Source: Clostridiales bacterium
GTDB taxonomy: Bacteria; Bacillota; Clostridia; Lachnospirales; Lachnospiraceae
Reading direction: 5' to 3'
DNA length: 64,000 nt
NCBI GenBank assembly: GCA_018376135.1
Contig: JAHABX010000008.1
Coordinates: 29,793-93,792, forward strand
Of the stretch, positions 48,300 through 58,715 are shown one piece after another (positions within the stretch are counted from its first letter, which is position 1; each line of letters opens with the position of its first letter). A program made the position numbers and the translations under genes. The notes beneath the pieces are model-generated. The model saw only the letters and a list, made by a program, of their open reading frames with translations. It did no database searches and was not told the origin of the DNA.

Positions 48300-48971
48300 A
48301 TGAAGCTGTTGCTGGCAGAGGATGAAAGATCCCTTTCAAGGGCACTGACTGCAATTCTGGAGAAGAATCATTATTCCGTGGATGCGGTATATGACGGACA
48401 GACAGCGCTGGAGTATCTGACGCTGGGAGGATATGACGGTGCGGTGCTGGATATTATGATGCCGAAGATGGACGGGATCACGGTCCTTAAAAAGGTGCGG
48501 AGTATGGGGAATTATATCCCCATACTGATGCTTACGGCAAAGTCGGAGGTCGATGATAAGGTGGAGGGGCTGGACAGCGGTGCAAATGACTATCTGACCA
48601 AGCCTTTTCATACAAGCGAGCTGCTTGCCAGGATACGTGCCATGACACGTGTACAGACTCAGCCGGATACCCGTCTGAGAATGGGCAATCTTGTGCTGGA
48701 TCAGGCAAGCTTTGAGCTTTCTTCTGAGACGGGCAGCTTCCGTCTGGCCAAAAAAGAGTTCCTGATGATGGAGATTTTGATGTCCAATCCCAACCGCCTG
48801 ATTTCCACAGAGCAGTTTATGGAGAAAATATGGAGCTTTGAGAGCGATGTGGGGATTCAGGTAGTCTGGGTCTATATTTCTTATCTGAGGAAAAAGCTGG
48901 CGGCGCTTCATGCAGATGTGCAGATCGTGGTTGCGAGAAATGCAGGATATATGCTGAAGGAGGCCAGATGA
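48300..48971 (+). CDS. OmpR-family response regulator
   Basis: Receiver domain (Asp in LLAEDE and DIMMPKMDG) and a winged-helix DNA-binding domain. Confidence 0.9.
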   Translation: MKLLLAEDERSLSRALTAILEKNHYSVDAVYDGQTALEYLTLGGYDGAVLDIMMPKMDGITVLKKVRSMGNYIPILMLTAKSEVDDKVEGLDSGANDYLTKPFHTSELLARIRAMTRVQTQPDTRLRMGNLVLDQASFELSSETGSFRLAKKEFLMMEILMSNPNRLISTEQFMEKIWSFESDVGIQVVWVYISYLRKKLAALHADVQIVVARNAGYMLKEAR

Positions 48972-50212
48972 TACGAAAGCTTCGTAAAAGATTTATTTTG
49001 CTGACAGTCGGCTCTCTTTTTCTGGTGCTGGCGGTGACGATGGGAATCGCCAATCTGCTGAATTATAAAAATATAGTCAGCAGGGCAGATGCCCTGCTTT
49101 CCGTGCTGACGGAAAATAACGGCTCCTTCCCTGCGATAGTGCTGCCTGCAGTTCCTGTGGAGGGGGAAGCAGAGGAAGAATTTGACCATCGGAGATTTTC
49201 TCCGGAGACGCCGTTTGAGTCCCGGTTCTTCTATGCTTTTCTCAATGAAGACGGGGAACTGACCACCAGCAATACCGGAAGGATCGCCGCCATTGATACA
49301 GACACGGCGATGGAGTATGCAAGACAGGTATGGGAAGGGGAAAGCTCCCGTGGTTTTATGAAGCAGTACCGCTATATGAAAGCTCCTTCAGAGGAGGGAA
49401 CGCTGATCGTATTTCTGGACTGCAGCAGGGATCTTCAGGCAGTGCACAATTTTATGAGAAATGGATTTGGAGTGGCTGTTCTGATTCTTCTGGCAGTATT
49501 TCTGCTGGTCTATCTCCTGTCCGGCCGTATGGTGAAGCCGGTCCTGGAGGGATATGAGAAGCAGAAGCAGTTCATCACCGATGCAGGTCATGAGCTGAAA
49601 ACGCCCCTTGCGATCATTGATGCGGACACGGATGTGCTGGAAATGGAGATCGGGGAGAATGAATGGCTGGAGGATATCCGCAGACAGACCGGGAGACTGG
49701 CAGTTCTGACCCGGGATCTGATCTATCTTGCAAGGATGGAAGAGGAGGATTCGCATCTTCAGATGGTGGATCTGCCCTTTTCGGATATTGTGGAGGAGAC
49801 GGCGCAGTCCTTTCAGTCGCTTGCGGTTGCCCAGCAGAAGAGCTTTATAGTTCAGATCCAGCCCATGCTCATGGTGCACGGAGATGAAAAGGCGCTGCGG
49901 CAGCTGATATCTATTCTGCTGGACAATGCGCTGAAATATTCCGGAGACAGCGGAAATATTCGCCTGAGGCTGGAAAAGCAGGGGAAGAGCGTGAAGCTGT
50001 CGGTATCTAATACAACGGAAGAACCGATAGAAAAGGAAAGTCTGTCTCATCTTTTTGACCGGTTTTACAGGGGGGACAAGTCCCGTAATTCCGACAAGAG
50101 CGGATACGGAATCGGACTTTCCATCGCAAAAGCGGTGGTGGAATCCCACAAAGGAGAGATCTGTGCATCCACAGCAGACGGGCATTCTCTGATGATCACA
50201 GCAGTTCTGTAA
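48968..50212 (+). CDS. sensor histidine kinase
   Basis: Two TM segments flanking an extracytoplasmic loop. H-box (AGHELKTPLA). N, G1 and G2 boxes (LLDNALKYS, GYGIGLSIAK). Overlaps the response-regulator gene by 4 nt. Confidence 0.85.
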   Translation: MIRKLRKRFILLTVGSLFLVLAVTMGIANLLNYKNIVSRADALLSVLTENNGSFPAIVLPAVPVEGEAEEEFDHRRFSPETPFESRFFYAFLNEDGELTTSNTGRIAAIDTDTAMEYARQVWEGESSRGFMKQYRYMKAPSEEGTLIVFLDCSRDLQAVHNFMRNGFGVAVLILLAVFLLVYLLSGRMVKPVLEGYEKQKQFITDAGHELKTPLAIIDADTDVLEMEIGENEWLEDIRRQTGRLAVLTRDLIYLARMEEEDSHLQMVDLPFSDIVEETAQSFQSLAVAQQKSFIVQIQPMLMVHGDEKALRQLISILLDNALKYSGDSGNIRLRLEKQGKSVKLSVSNTTEEPIEKESLSHLFDRFYRGDKSRNSDKSGYGIGLSIAKAVVESHKGEICASTADGHSLMITAVL

Positions 50213-50221
50213 CAGAGGAGG

Positions 50222-50270
50222 CAGTCGGTATGAACCGGCTGCCTCCCCTGTTATATGCGCCTTTTTTCAT
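50222..50270 (+). terminator. rho-independent terminator after the histidine kinase (right element boundary region)
   Basis: GGAGGCAGTCGG-tatgaa-CCGGCTGCCTCC followed by CCTTTTTT. Confidence 0.55.
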
Positions 50271-50293
50271 GTGTGCGCCGTCTAAAGATATCA

Positions 50294-50321
50294 TTGACAT
50301 CCATAAGAAACGTGCTAAAAT
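50294..50321 (+). promoter_or_regulatory. near-consensus sigma-A promoter
   Basis: TTGACA, a 16-nt spacer, then TAAAAT. It drives the Re-citrate-synthase-like gene. Confidence 0.55.
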
Positions 50322-50367
50322 GTATACAAAATGGATTGTATACGATGATACAAATGAGGAGAGCATT

Positions 50368-51771
50368 ATGGATAAAAACAGAGCGGTTCATTTTGACCGG
50401 CATACCAACCTGCTGCAGCTGGAAGAGCATATGTATCCCCTGGTAGATGTGGAGCATCCGAATACGTTCAGGAATCTGTTTCCTTATACAGAGGTTCCGA
50501 AGATCGCATTCAACGACCGGATCGTACCCCATCATATGCCGGAGGAGATATGGATCACAGATACGACCTTCCGGGACGGGCAGCAGTCCAGAGCACCCTA
50601 TTCCACAGAGCAGATCGTGAAGATCTATGATTATTTCCATAAGCTGGGCGGGCATAAGGGACTGATCCGTCAGTCTGAATTTTTCCTGTACAGCAAGAAG
50701 GACAGGGATGCAGTATATAAGTGTATGGAGAAGGGCTATAAGTTCCCGGAGGTGACCAGCTGGATCCGTGCCAACAAGGATGATTTCCAGCTTGTCAAGG
50801 AACTGGGCATGAAGGAGACCGGGATACTGGTAAGCTGTTCTGATTACCATATTTTCTATAAGATGAAGATGAGCAGACGGGAAGCCATGCAGCACTATCT
50901 GAATATTGTGCGCGAGTGTCTGGAGATCGGGATCAGCCCCAGATGCCATCTGGAGGATATTACCAGAGCCGATATTTACGGCTATGTGATTCCGTTCTGT
51001 CTGGAACTGAAGAACATGATGGATTATTACAATATTCCCATTAAGGTGCGCTGCTGCGATACCATGGGTTATGGTGTAAACTATCCGGGTGCAGTGATTC
51101 CCCGGTCTGTGCCGGGCATCATCTACGGTATTCAGGTGCATGCGGGCTTTTCCTCTGATCTGATCGAGTGGCACGGGCACAATGATTTCTATAAAGCAGT
51201 CAGCAATTCCACGACTGCATGGCTGTACGGGGCTTCCGGTGTGAACTGTTCTCTGTTCGGAATCGGAGAGCGTACCGGCAATACGCCGCTGGAGGCGATG
51301 GTATTTGAGTATGCACAGCTCAGGGGAACGCTGGACGGCATGGACACGACCGTTATCACAGAGCTGGCAGAATATTATGAGAAGGAGATCGGCTATCATA
51401 TTCCTTCCAGAACTCCTTTTGTGGGCAGGAATTTCAATGTGACCAGAGCAGGCATCCATGCGGACGGTCTTTTGAAGAATGAAGAGATCTATAATATTTT
51501 TGATACAGGCAAATTCCTGAATCGTCCGGCACTGGTGTCTGTATCCAATACGTCCGGACTGGCGGGGATCGCACACTGGATCAATACGTATTTCCAGCTG
51601 AAGGATCATCATATGGTGGACAAGAACTCAGAGCTGGTGCATATGGTGAAGGCATGGGTGGATCAGGAGTATGAGAGCGGACGGGTGACTGTTCTGACGG
51701 ACGAGGAGCTTCTGAAGGTGATTCATGAGGCATGTGAGAAGACAGGAGTACAGATCGTACAGGAGGCATAG
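50368..51771 (+). CDS. LeuA/NifV-family (DRE-TIM) acyltransferase, likely Re-citrate synthase
   Basis: ITDTTFRDGQQ, HGHNDF, and the LeuA/homocitrate-synthase-family GIGERTGNTPLE motif. The start at M47 of the tracked ORF has RBS GAGGAGAG. It is clustered with a GntR regulator and icd, as in Clostridium kluyveri Re-citrate synthase. Confidence 0.55.
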   Translation: MDKNRAVHFDRHTNLLQLEEHMYPLVDVEHPNTFRNLFPYTEVPKIAFNDRIVPHHMPEEIWITDTTFRDGQQSRAPYSTEQIVKIYDYFHKLGGHKGLIRQSEFFLYSKKDRDAVYKCMEKGYKFPEVTSWIRANKDDFQLVKELGMKETGILVSCSDYHIFYKMKMSRREAMQHYLNIVRECLEIGISPRCHLEDITRADIYGYVIPFCLELKNMMDYYNIPIKVRCCDTMGYGVNYPGAVIPRSVPGIIYGIQVHAGFSSDLIEWHGHNDFYKAVSNSTTAWLYGASGVNCSLFGIGERTGNTPLEAMVFEYAQLRGTLDGMDTTVITELAEYYEKEIGYHIPSRTPFVGRNFNVTRAGIHADGLLKNEEIYNIFDTGKFLNRPALVSVSNTSGLAGIAHWINTYFQLKDHHMVDKNSELVHMVKAWVDQEYESGRVTVLTDEELLKVIHEACEKTGVQIVQEA

Positions 51772-51777
51772 AAGAAA

Positions 51778-52476
51778 ATGAGTGACAGGCAGGGTCAGAG
51801 TGAGACCCGTGACAGATACTCCCTGAGAGGGCGGGTATATGAGTCCATCAGGGAGGATATACTGGGTGGACGCTACCATCAGAATACAGAGCTGAAAGAG
51901 GCTGCAATAGGAGCAGAGCTGGGTGTGAGCAGGACTCCTGTGCGGGAGGCGCTGCGTCAGCTGGAGCTGGAGGGACTGGTAAAGATCATTCCCAACCGGG
52001 GAGCCTATGTGAATATGATTACGGCAAAGGATGTGCAGGATATTTATGTGATCCGTTCCATGCTGGAGGGACTCTGTGCCAGATGGGCGACAGAATATAT
52101 TACAAAGGAACAGCTGGAGGACCTGGAGGAGACCCTGTGTCTCTCGGAATACCATACCCACAAGGAGAATTATGAGAAGCTCTATGAACTGGACAGCCTG
52201 TTTCATGAGCAGTTGTACAGCGCTTCCAACAGCCGGATACTGAATCATGTGCTGTCAGATTTTCATGATTATGTGAAAAAGGTCAGAAAGGCTACCATAG
52301 CATCCGAGGGGAGGTCTGTCAGATCCACAGAGGAGCACAGAGCGATCTTTGAGGCAGTTAAGACAAAGGACGCTGCTCTGGCGGAGGAACTGGCAAAGCA
52401 GCATGTGAAGAGGACGATTGAGAGCATCCAGGTATATGGACTGGAAAAAATATATGATCAGGAGGAACTTTCTTAA
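51778..52476 (+). CDS. GntR-family (FadR/FCD subfamily) transcriptional regulator
   Basis: wHTH motif ([20 protein letters not shown]) plus a C-terminal FCD-like helical domain. Confidence 0.8.
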   Translation: MSDRQGQSETRDRYSLRGRVYESIREDILGGRYHQNTELKEAAIGAELGVSRTPVREALRQLELEGLVKIIPNRGAYVNMITAKDVQDIYVIRSMLEGLCARWATEYITKEQLEDLEETLCLSEYHTHKENYEKLYELDSLFHEQLYSASNSRILNHVLSDFHDYVKKVRKATIASEGRSVRSTEEHRAIFEAVKTKDAALAEELAKQHVKRTIESIQVYGLEKIYDQEELS

Positions 52477-53684
52477 TGAATAAGATTCAGATGACAACGC
52501 CGCTGGTAGAGATGGACGGGGACGAGATGACCCGGATTCTCTGGCATATGATCAAGGAAGAGCTTTTGCTTCCTTTTGTAGAGCTGAAGACGGAGTATTA
52601 TGATCTGGGACTGGAGCATCGGAACCAGACGGACGATCAGGTGACGGTTGATGCGGCGGAAGCGACGAAAAAGTACGGAGTAGCAGTAAAGTGTGCCACG
52701 ATTACGCCCAATGCTGCCCGTATGGAGGAATATCAGTTAAAAGAGATGTGGAAGAGCCCAAACGGAACCATCCGTGCACTTCTGGATGGTACCGTTTTCC
52801 GTGCGCCCATTATCGTAAAGGGGATCGAGCCTTATGTGAAGACCTGGAAAAAGCCCATTACACTTGCCCGCCATGCCTACGGAGATGTCTACAAGGCATC
52901 AGAGATGCGGATTCCGGGACCGGGAAAGGTGGAGCTGGTCTATACGGCAGAGGATGGAACGGTGAACAGGGAGCTTGTGCATCAGTTCAAAGGAGCCGGT
53001 ATCGTACAGGGTATGCACAATCTGGATCATTCCATCGAAAGCTTTGCGAAGAGCTGCTTCCAGTATGCACTTGACACCAGGCAGGATGTGTGGTTTGCGT
53101 CCAAGGATACCATTTCCAAGAAGTATGACCACCGGTTCAAGGATATTTTCCAGGAGATCTATGACGGGGAATATAAGGAAGCGTTCGAGGCTGCCGGACT
53201 GACCTATTTCTATACATTGATTGACGATGCAGTTGCCCGCGTGGTAAAATCAGAAGGAGGCTTTATCTGGGCATGTAAGAACTATGACGGCGACGTGATG
53301 AGTGATCTGGTGGCGACGGCATTCGGTTCCCTTGCCATGATGACCTCTGTTCTGGTATCTCCCCATGGATACTATGAGTACGAAGCGGCACACGGCACTG
53401 TTCAGAGACATTATTACAAACATTTAAAAGGAGAAGAGACATCCACCAATTCTATCGCGACGATCTTTGCATGGAGCGGAGCTCTTCGGAAACGCGGAGA
53501 GCTGGACGGACTGGCAGAGCTGGTGCATTTTGCAGATGTTCTGGAGCAGGCATCTGTCCGGACCATTGAATCCGGAAAAATGACAAAGGATCTTGCACTT
53601 ATTACCGAGCTGGAGAATGCAGAGGTTTTAAGCTCCGGAGATTTCATCCGTGCGATTCGTAAGACGATGGAAGGGATGTTGTAA
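52476..53684 (+). CDS. icd: NADP-dependent isocitrate dehydrogenase (eukaryote-like ~400-aa type)
   Basis: The N-terminus ([13 protein letters not shown]-like), length and conservation match IDH1-type enzymes. Confidence 0.85.
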   Translation: MNKIQMTTPLVEMDGDEMTRILWHMIKEELLLPFVELKTEYYDLGLEHRNQTDDQVTVDAAEATKKYGVAVKCATITPNAARMEEYQLKEMWKSPNGTIRALLDGTVFRAPIIVKGIEPYVKTWKKPITLARHAYGDVYKASEMRIPGPGKVELVYTAEDGTVNRELVHQFKGAGIVQGMHNLDHSIESFAKSCFQYALDTRQDVWFASKDTISKKYDHRFKDIFQEIYDGEYKEAFEAAGLTYFYTLIDDAVARVVKSEGGFIWACKNYDGDVMSDLVATAFGSLAMMTSVLVSPHGYYEYEAAHGTVQRHYYKHLKGEETSTNSIATIFAWSGALRKRGELDGLAELVHFADVLEQASVRTIESGKMTKDLALITELENAEVLSSGDFIRAIRKTMEGML

Positions 53685-53689
53685 AAACT

Positions 53690-54445
53690 ATGGCGTTAAA
53701 ATTTCAGAAACTGAACCAAATGATGAAGTATTTTGTGATGGTGATCTTCCTTGCCACGGCGATGACGCTGGTGGGAATCGGTATCCATGTTTTTGTAGCG
53801 ATTCTGGGAGGCTTCGTGGTGATCGTACTGGGTTATATGCTTTGTGTACTGGTCATCCGTTCAGAGACGGGCAGGATGCGGAAGCTGAATGAGCATATGA
53901 ATGCATCCAAGGATATGGACGGCTATATAGAATCGATGGAGAAGATCGGAAAGCGCACGGTCTGGGCGAATGTATACCATCAGACTCTGCTGAACCGGGG
54001 AACCGGATACATCAATATGGGTGAATACAAAAAAGCGCTGGAAGTCATGGATGAGCTTGAGAAATTCCATGTATCGGTGGAGGTGCGTTTCCTGGAGATA
54101 TGGAACCGTCTGTTTGCCCTGATCGAGCTTCGCAATTATGGTCAGGCAGAGAAGCTGATGAAGAAATATCAGAAGCTTCTGACTCCTTATGCAGAGGCTT
54201 CCGAGAGTATTGCGGACCGTCTGGAGATCTACAGGTATCTGACGGCAGGAGACAATGCCATGGCGCTGGAGGTCATCCGTGCATGCCGTGACAAATGCGG
54301 AGAAGGAGAGCAGGATGTGATGGACCAGCTGGACTTCTACGAGATCCGGCTCTGCCAGCTGACCGGGGACCATGAGCGTGCGGATGTATTGAAAAAGCAG
54401 CTCAGAAGCCATAAGACCTTCCCCTGTATTGCAAAAAGTTTATAG
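53690..54445 (+). CDS. hypothetical membrane protein with cytoplasmic TPR-like helices
   Basis: Two N-terminal TM segments. The helical remainder has TPR-like YKKALE / YGQAEK periodicity. Confidence 0.4.
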   Translation: MALKFQKLNQMMKYFVMVIFLATAMTLVGIGIHVFVAILGGFVVIVLGYMLCVLVIRSETGRMRKLNEHMNASKDMDGYIESMEKIGKRTVWANVYHQTLLNRGTGYINMGEYKKALEVMDELEKFHVSVEVRFLEIWNRLFALIELRNYGQAEKLMKKYQKLLTPYAEASESIADRLEIYRYLTAGDNAMALEVIRACRDKCGEGEQDVMDQLDFYEIRLCQLTGDHERADVLKKQLRSHKTFPCIAKSL

Positions 54446-54509
54446 GAAAAGGATACATAATAAGACACCCCTTCCCATATATTAGAACAAACATGGGAGG
54501 GGTATTTTT

Positions 54510-56000
54510 ATGGAAACAATTCAGAATCAGAAGGAATTTCATCTATACAATGACATCAAAGAACGAACGGGAGGAGAGATCTACATAGGAGTGGTGGGAC
54601 CGGTCCGCACCGGAAAATCCACATTTATCAAACGATTCATGGATCTTCTTGTACTGCCCAATATCAGCGACGCCCATGAGCGCGGGAGGGCGACGGACGA
54701 ACTGCCCCAGTCTGCAGCGGGAAAGACCATTATGACTACAGAGCCTAAATTTGTACCCAAAGAAGCGGTATCCATTCAGGTGGGCGGTGAGATCCCCGTA
54801 AAGATCCGTCTGATCGACTGTGTGGGATATATGGTGGAGGGAGCCGCCGGACATCTGGAAAATGACACAGAACGTATGGTAAAAACCCCCTGGTTCGATG
54901 AGGTGGTTCCTTTTACAAAGGCGGCAGAGCTTGGGACCCACAAGGTCATCCACGACCATTCCACCATTGGAATCGTGGTGACCTGTGACGGAAGCTTCGG
55001 GGATATTCCGGCGGCAAATTACCGTCCGGCGGAGGAACGGACCATCGAGGAGCTGAAGAAGCTGGGAAAACCCTTTGTCATTCTGCTCAACACCACGAAG
55101 CCTTACAGTGACGGAGTCCGAAAGCAGGCGGAGGAGATGTATCACAAGTATCAGATTCCGGTTCTGCCGGTGAATTGTGAACAGCTCAAGAAAGAGGATA
55201 TCGCCATGATCCTGGAGCAGGTTCTGCTGGAATTTCCTCTGACTGAGGTGGAGTATCACATGCCTCGCTGGGTGGAGATGCTTCCTGTGGCGCATCCGGT
55301 AAAGCAGGAGGTGATTCAGAAGGCGCGGGAGATGATGGAGGAATTCCATGTGCTCCGGGATATCGGTCTGGCACAGACCGCGTGTGAGGGACCGTCAATC
55401 AGCCGGATGAAGCTGGACCGGGTGGCGTTGGATACGGGAACTGCAGTCTATTCCATTGATATGGAAGAGAGCTGTTATTATCATATGCTCAGTGAGCTGA
55501 CCGGGATGGAGCTTCAGGATGAATATGATCTGATGGAGCAGCTGCGGGATCTGTCTTCCATGAAAAAGGAGTATGGAAAGGTCATTAAGGCAATGGGAAC
55601 CGTGCGGCAGAAGGGATACGGAATGGTGCTTCCGGAGAGAGATGAGATCACCATGGAGGATCCGGTACTGATCCATCAGGGCAATAAGTATGGTGTGAAG
55701 CTTCGTTCCTTCTCCCCGTCCGTTCATATGATCCGTGCGGATATTGAGACGGAGATCGCTCCGATCGTGGGCAGTGAGGAACAGGCAAAGGATCTGATCC
55801 AGTATATTCAGGACGGAAGAAAAGAGGTGGACGGTATCTGGCAGATCAACATTTTCGGGAAGACCATTGAAGAGCTGGTGGAGGACGGTATCCGCAGCAA
55901 GCTGTATCAGATCGGCGAGGAAAGCCAGGTGAAGCTCCAGGATACCATGAAGAAAATTGTCAATGACTCCAACGGCGGACTGGTGTGTATTATCATCTGA
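54510..56000 (+). CDS. spoIVA: stage IV sporulation protein A (spore coat morphogenetic ATPase)
   Basis: The N-terminal Walker A (GPVRTGKSTFIKRFM) and ~490-aa length are SpoIVA hallmarks. Confidence 0.9.
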   Translation: METIQNQKEFHLYNDIKERTGGEIYIGVVGPVRTGKSTFIKRFMDLLVLPNISDAHERGRATDELPQSAAGKTIMTTEPKFVPKEAVSIQVGGEIPVKIRLIDCVGYMVEGAAGHLENDTERMVKTPWFDEVVPFTKAAELGTHKVIHDHSTIGIVVTCDGSFGDIPAANYRPAEERTIEELKKLGKPFVILLNTTKPYSDGVRKQAEEMYHKYQIPVLPVNCEQLKKEDIAMILEQVLLEFPLTEVEYHMPRWVEMLPVAHPVKQEVIQKAREMMEEFHVLRDIGLAQTACEGPSISRMKLDRVALDTGTAVYSIDMEESCYYHMLSELTGMELQDEYDLMEQLRDLSSMKKEYGKVIKAMGTVRQKGYGMVLPERDEITMEDPVLIHQGNKYGVKLRSFSPSVHMIRADIETEIAPIVGSEEQAKDLIQYIQDGRKEVDGIWQINIFGKTIEELVEDGIRSKLYQIGEESQVKLQDTMKKIVNDSNGGLVCIII

Positions 56001-56065
56001 GGGATTCCGGTCTGTACAGGACAGCAGGTACTGTGGTATGATGTGGAGGACGAAAAGAGGTACGT

Positions 56066-56761
56066 ATGAAGATCACATTTATTTTTCACAGCAGCTTCAT
56101 GGTGGAGCTTAACCGGCAGGTGCTGGTATTTGATTATTATGGAGAAGGTGCACTTCCGGCGGTTCCCGAAGGGAAGAAGCTTTATTTTCTGAACAGTCAC
56201 AGTCATCAGGATCATTTTAACAGAGAGATATGGAAGCTGAAGGAAAGATATCCGGATGCGGAATACATTCAGTCCCGGGATATCCGCGTTCGCCCGGAAG
56301 AGCGCCGGGACTGGATACACAGCATAAGACCGGGAGAGGAGGCTGCCTTTGACGAGCTGAAGGTGCGTGCTCTCCGGTCTACGGATGTGGGCTGTGCCTT
56401 TGTTGTGGAAGCGGAGGGAAAGCGCATCTACCATGCAGGCGACCTGAACTGGTGGCACTGGGAGGGGGAAGAAAAGGCATGGAATAACAACATGGCTGCC
56501 AATTATAAGCGGGAGATTGACCGACTGGAGGGACAGTCCTTTGATGCGGCATTCGTGCCGCTGGATCCAAGGCTGGGAGAGGCATATTACTGGGGAATGA
56601 AGTATTTTCTGGAGAAAACGGATGTGAAGGCGGTATTCCCCATGCACTGCTGGGAAGCATATCAGGTGTGTGAAAGAGTACAGAGACAAAAGGAGATGCA
56701 GGGACTGCTGGAGCACTTTCATGCAGTGTCGCATCCCGGACAGGAGTGGAAGATATGTTAG
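56066..56761 (+). CDS. MBL-fold hydrolase-like protein
   Basis: HxHxDH-like NSHSHQDH motif. 231 aa. Confidence 0.5.
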   Translation: MKITFIFHSSFMVELNRQVLVFDYYGEGALPAVPEGKKLYFLNSHSHQDHFNREIWKLKERYPDAEYIQSRDIRVRPEERRDWIHSIRPGEEAAFDELKVRALRSTDVGCAFVVEAEGKRIYHAGDLNWWHWEGEEKAWNNNMAANYKREIDRLEGQSFDAAFVPLDPRLGEAYYWGMKYFLEKTDVKAVFPMHCWEAYQVCERVQRQKEMQGLLEHFHAVSHPGQEWKIC

Positions 56762-57228
56762 TGAAAATATATACAGACGGCTCTGCAAGAGGGAACCCGG
56801 ACGGACCGGGCGGTTACGGAACGATCCTGTCCTATACGGATCCAAAGGGAGAGGAGCATATCCGGGAATATTCCCAGGGCTATAAAAGGACGACCAATAA
56901 CCGCATGGAGCTGATGGCGGCGATTGTGGGACTGGAGGCTCTGAACCGACCCTGTGAGGTGGAGCTTTATTCGGATTCCAGGTATCTGGTGGATGCCTTT
57001 AATCAGCGCTGGATCGATTCCTGGCTTGCGAAGAACTGGGTGAACAGCCAGAAGAAGCCGGTGAAGAACCCGGATCTGTGGAAGCGTCTTCTGAAAGCCA
57101 AGGAACCTCACCAGGTGACCTTTATCTGGGTGAAAGGGCATGATGGACATGCCCAAAATGAGCGCTGCGATGAGCTGGCGACCAGTGCGGCGGACGGAGA
57201 CCAGCTCATCGAGGATACGTTACTTTAA
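56755..57228 (+). CDS. rnhA: ribonuclease HI
   Basis: [18 protein letters not shown] and the catalytic DEDD context. RBS GGAGTGGAAG. Confidence 0.85.
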   Translation: MLVKIYTDGSARGNPDGPGGYGTILSYTDPKGEEHIREYSQGYKRTTNNRMELMAAIVGLEALNRPCEVELYSDSRYLVDAFNQRWIDSWLAKNWVNSQKKPVKNPDLWKRLLKAKEPHQVTFIWVKGHDGHAQNERCDELATSAADGDQLIEDTLL

Positions 57229-58506
57229 TTCCGGTCTGTCTGCATCCAGCACCTTCGACACATCGAACAGGTCTGCGATCGCCTGAGGGCGGGTCTTCAT
57301 GGTGAAGCCGTCCAGATTGCAGCGGGACTGGCGTACATAAGTATCCTTTACGGAGACGAATGCCTTGGACCAGACACCGCAGAAATACCGGTAGCCTTCC
57401 GACTGGAGATAGGAGAGCTTGTCGCCGGGATACTCTACCTCTTCCCCATAGGGATAGATGTAGATATCCGTATCCCCCACAAGGCTTCCGACCTCTTCTT
57501 TCCACCGATTGGTGTCGGAGACGAGAGCGTTATAGGAGATCTGTGCCGTATGCCGGTGACCGTAGCCGTGGACGGCAAACTGCCAGCCGGTCTCCTTCAT
57601 CCGATCTGCCACAGCGCGGGCGGCTTCCTTGTCTGCCTCCAGCGCCGGGTTTTCCGGGTCATTTGTCCGGTAGCCAAGGACTCCTTCGTATCCGGTCTCG
57701 GCAATGATGCCCTTTGCGCCCCGGAGGGAAAAGTCCGGGTGTTCCTTTACAAAGGCATCCAGGATCGGAACCACATCATAGTCTCCGATACTTTCCTGAC
57801 CGTTCTGGTCCACATAGAGATTCTTCACTTCTCCGTTTTCATCCAGCAAAAGCTTTCTGGCAAAGCCGTCATTTTTCATATATTCATAATAGTTCACGTC
57901 GTCCACAGACAGGACAAGGGGTATCTTTCCTTCCGGGACAAGGGGCTGTCCGGGGACGAGCTTTACATTGCCGTTTTCATCCGTCTGCTCTTCGCACAGG
58001 TCGTGGATATCGATCAGTATATACTGATTGGCATACAGCTCATCCAGCATGGCACGGAATTCATCTGCGGTGGTCATCCAGTAGTTGTAGCCGTTCTCCA
58101 TATAGTCGCCGTCAAAGGCAAGAGAAGTGTCCACGATCAGAGAATGGAAGAAGATATGGCGTACCGGCTGATTATAAGGAACAAAGGCATCTTTGGCGGC
58201 AGTGCAGTCTGCAATGGCAGCGAGGACTTCTTCATCCTGGGAAAATTCCTCCGGCACATGGGAAAGACAGTCAAGGGCTTCCTCATAATAATAGCCAAGT
58301 GCAAGCTGCCTGGCCTCTTCCAGCAGAGGAACTACTTCTTCCTCCCGTCTGAGCGCAGTCAGTTCTTCTTCCGTGAGCCTGGGTTCACGCTCTTCCTCCG
58401 GCAGAATGTGTACGGCTGCCGGAACCTCTGTCGGCAGGATGCCGGAGCAGCCACCCAGAGCAATACCGGCAAGCAGAATGTATGGTATGCACAATAAATG
58501 TTTCAT
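57220..58506 (-). CDS. polysaccharide deacetylase family lipoprotein
   Basis: Lipoprotein signal ([12 protein letters not shown]). Secreted NodB-like / polysaccharide deacetylase-like domain. This family is often linked to spore cortex modification. Confidence 0.65.
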   Translation of the reverse strand: MKHLLCIPYILLAGIALGGCSGILPTEVPAAVHILPEEEREPRLTEEELTALRREEEVVPLLEEARQLALGYYYEEALDCLSHVPEEFSQDEEVLAAIADCTAAKDAFVPYNQPVRHIFFHSLIVDTSLAFDGDYMENGYNYWMTTADEFRAMLDELYANQYILIDIHDLCEEQTDENGNVKLVPGQPLVPEGKIPLVLSVDDVNYYEYMKNDGFARKLLLDENGEVKNLYVDQNGQESIGDYDVVPILDAFVKEHPDFSLRGAKGIIAETGYEGVLGYRTNDPENPALEADKEAARAVADRMKETGWQFAVHGYGHRHTAQISYNALVSDTNRWKEEVGSLVGDTDIYIYPYGEEVEYPGDKLSYLQSEGYRYFCGVWSKAFVSVKDTYVRQSRCNLDGFTMKTRPQAIADLFDVSKVLDADRPELK

Positions 58507-58715
58507 GTTTTAATCCTCCCTTTTTTCCATGGTATCATAAGAAATACAGAAAAGGATTACATTTCTATTAAGATTTGCGAAGGAAATCATAAGAAAATCC
58601 TTGTGGAAAAATTTATTAGAAGATATTGCGGTGTGTGTGATGGTGTGTTATGATAAACTGCATATGATTAGGCGAATACGCAGGTTTCTGCGGTTTGTGA
58701 CAGGAGGATAAGAAA

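Larger units (their letters stand above)
39850..50285 (+). mobile_element. ~10.4-kb integrated element with three tandem large serine recombinases and an ABC-efflux plus two-component-system cargo
   Basis: It is bounded on the left by the amt terminator and on the right by a terminator plus consensus promoter that restart the chromosomal Re-citrate-synthase/icd cluster. The gene content (serine recombinases, AMP-resistance-type cargo) is typical of clostridial integrative elements. The exact ends cannot be defined by eye. Confidence 0.6.

Noticed and set aside
57550-58497. 315-aa + strand ORF, plus a nested 212-aa ORF, opposite the polysaccharide deacetylase gene.
   Set aside because: The minus-strand gene has a clear lipoprotein signal and RBS. 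The + frames are Arg/Gly-rich antisense artefacts.
58520-58715. Possible T-box leader upstream of alaS.
   Set aside because: The T-box consensus (AGGGTGGNACCGCG) is absent, and there is no terminator/antiterminator pair. It looks like a plain promoter plus RBS.
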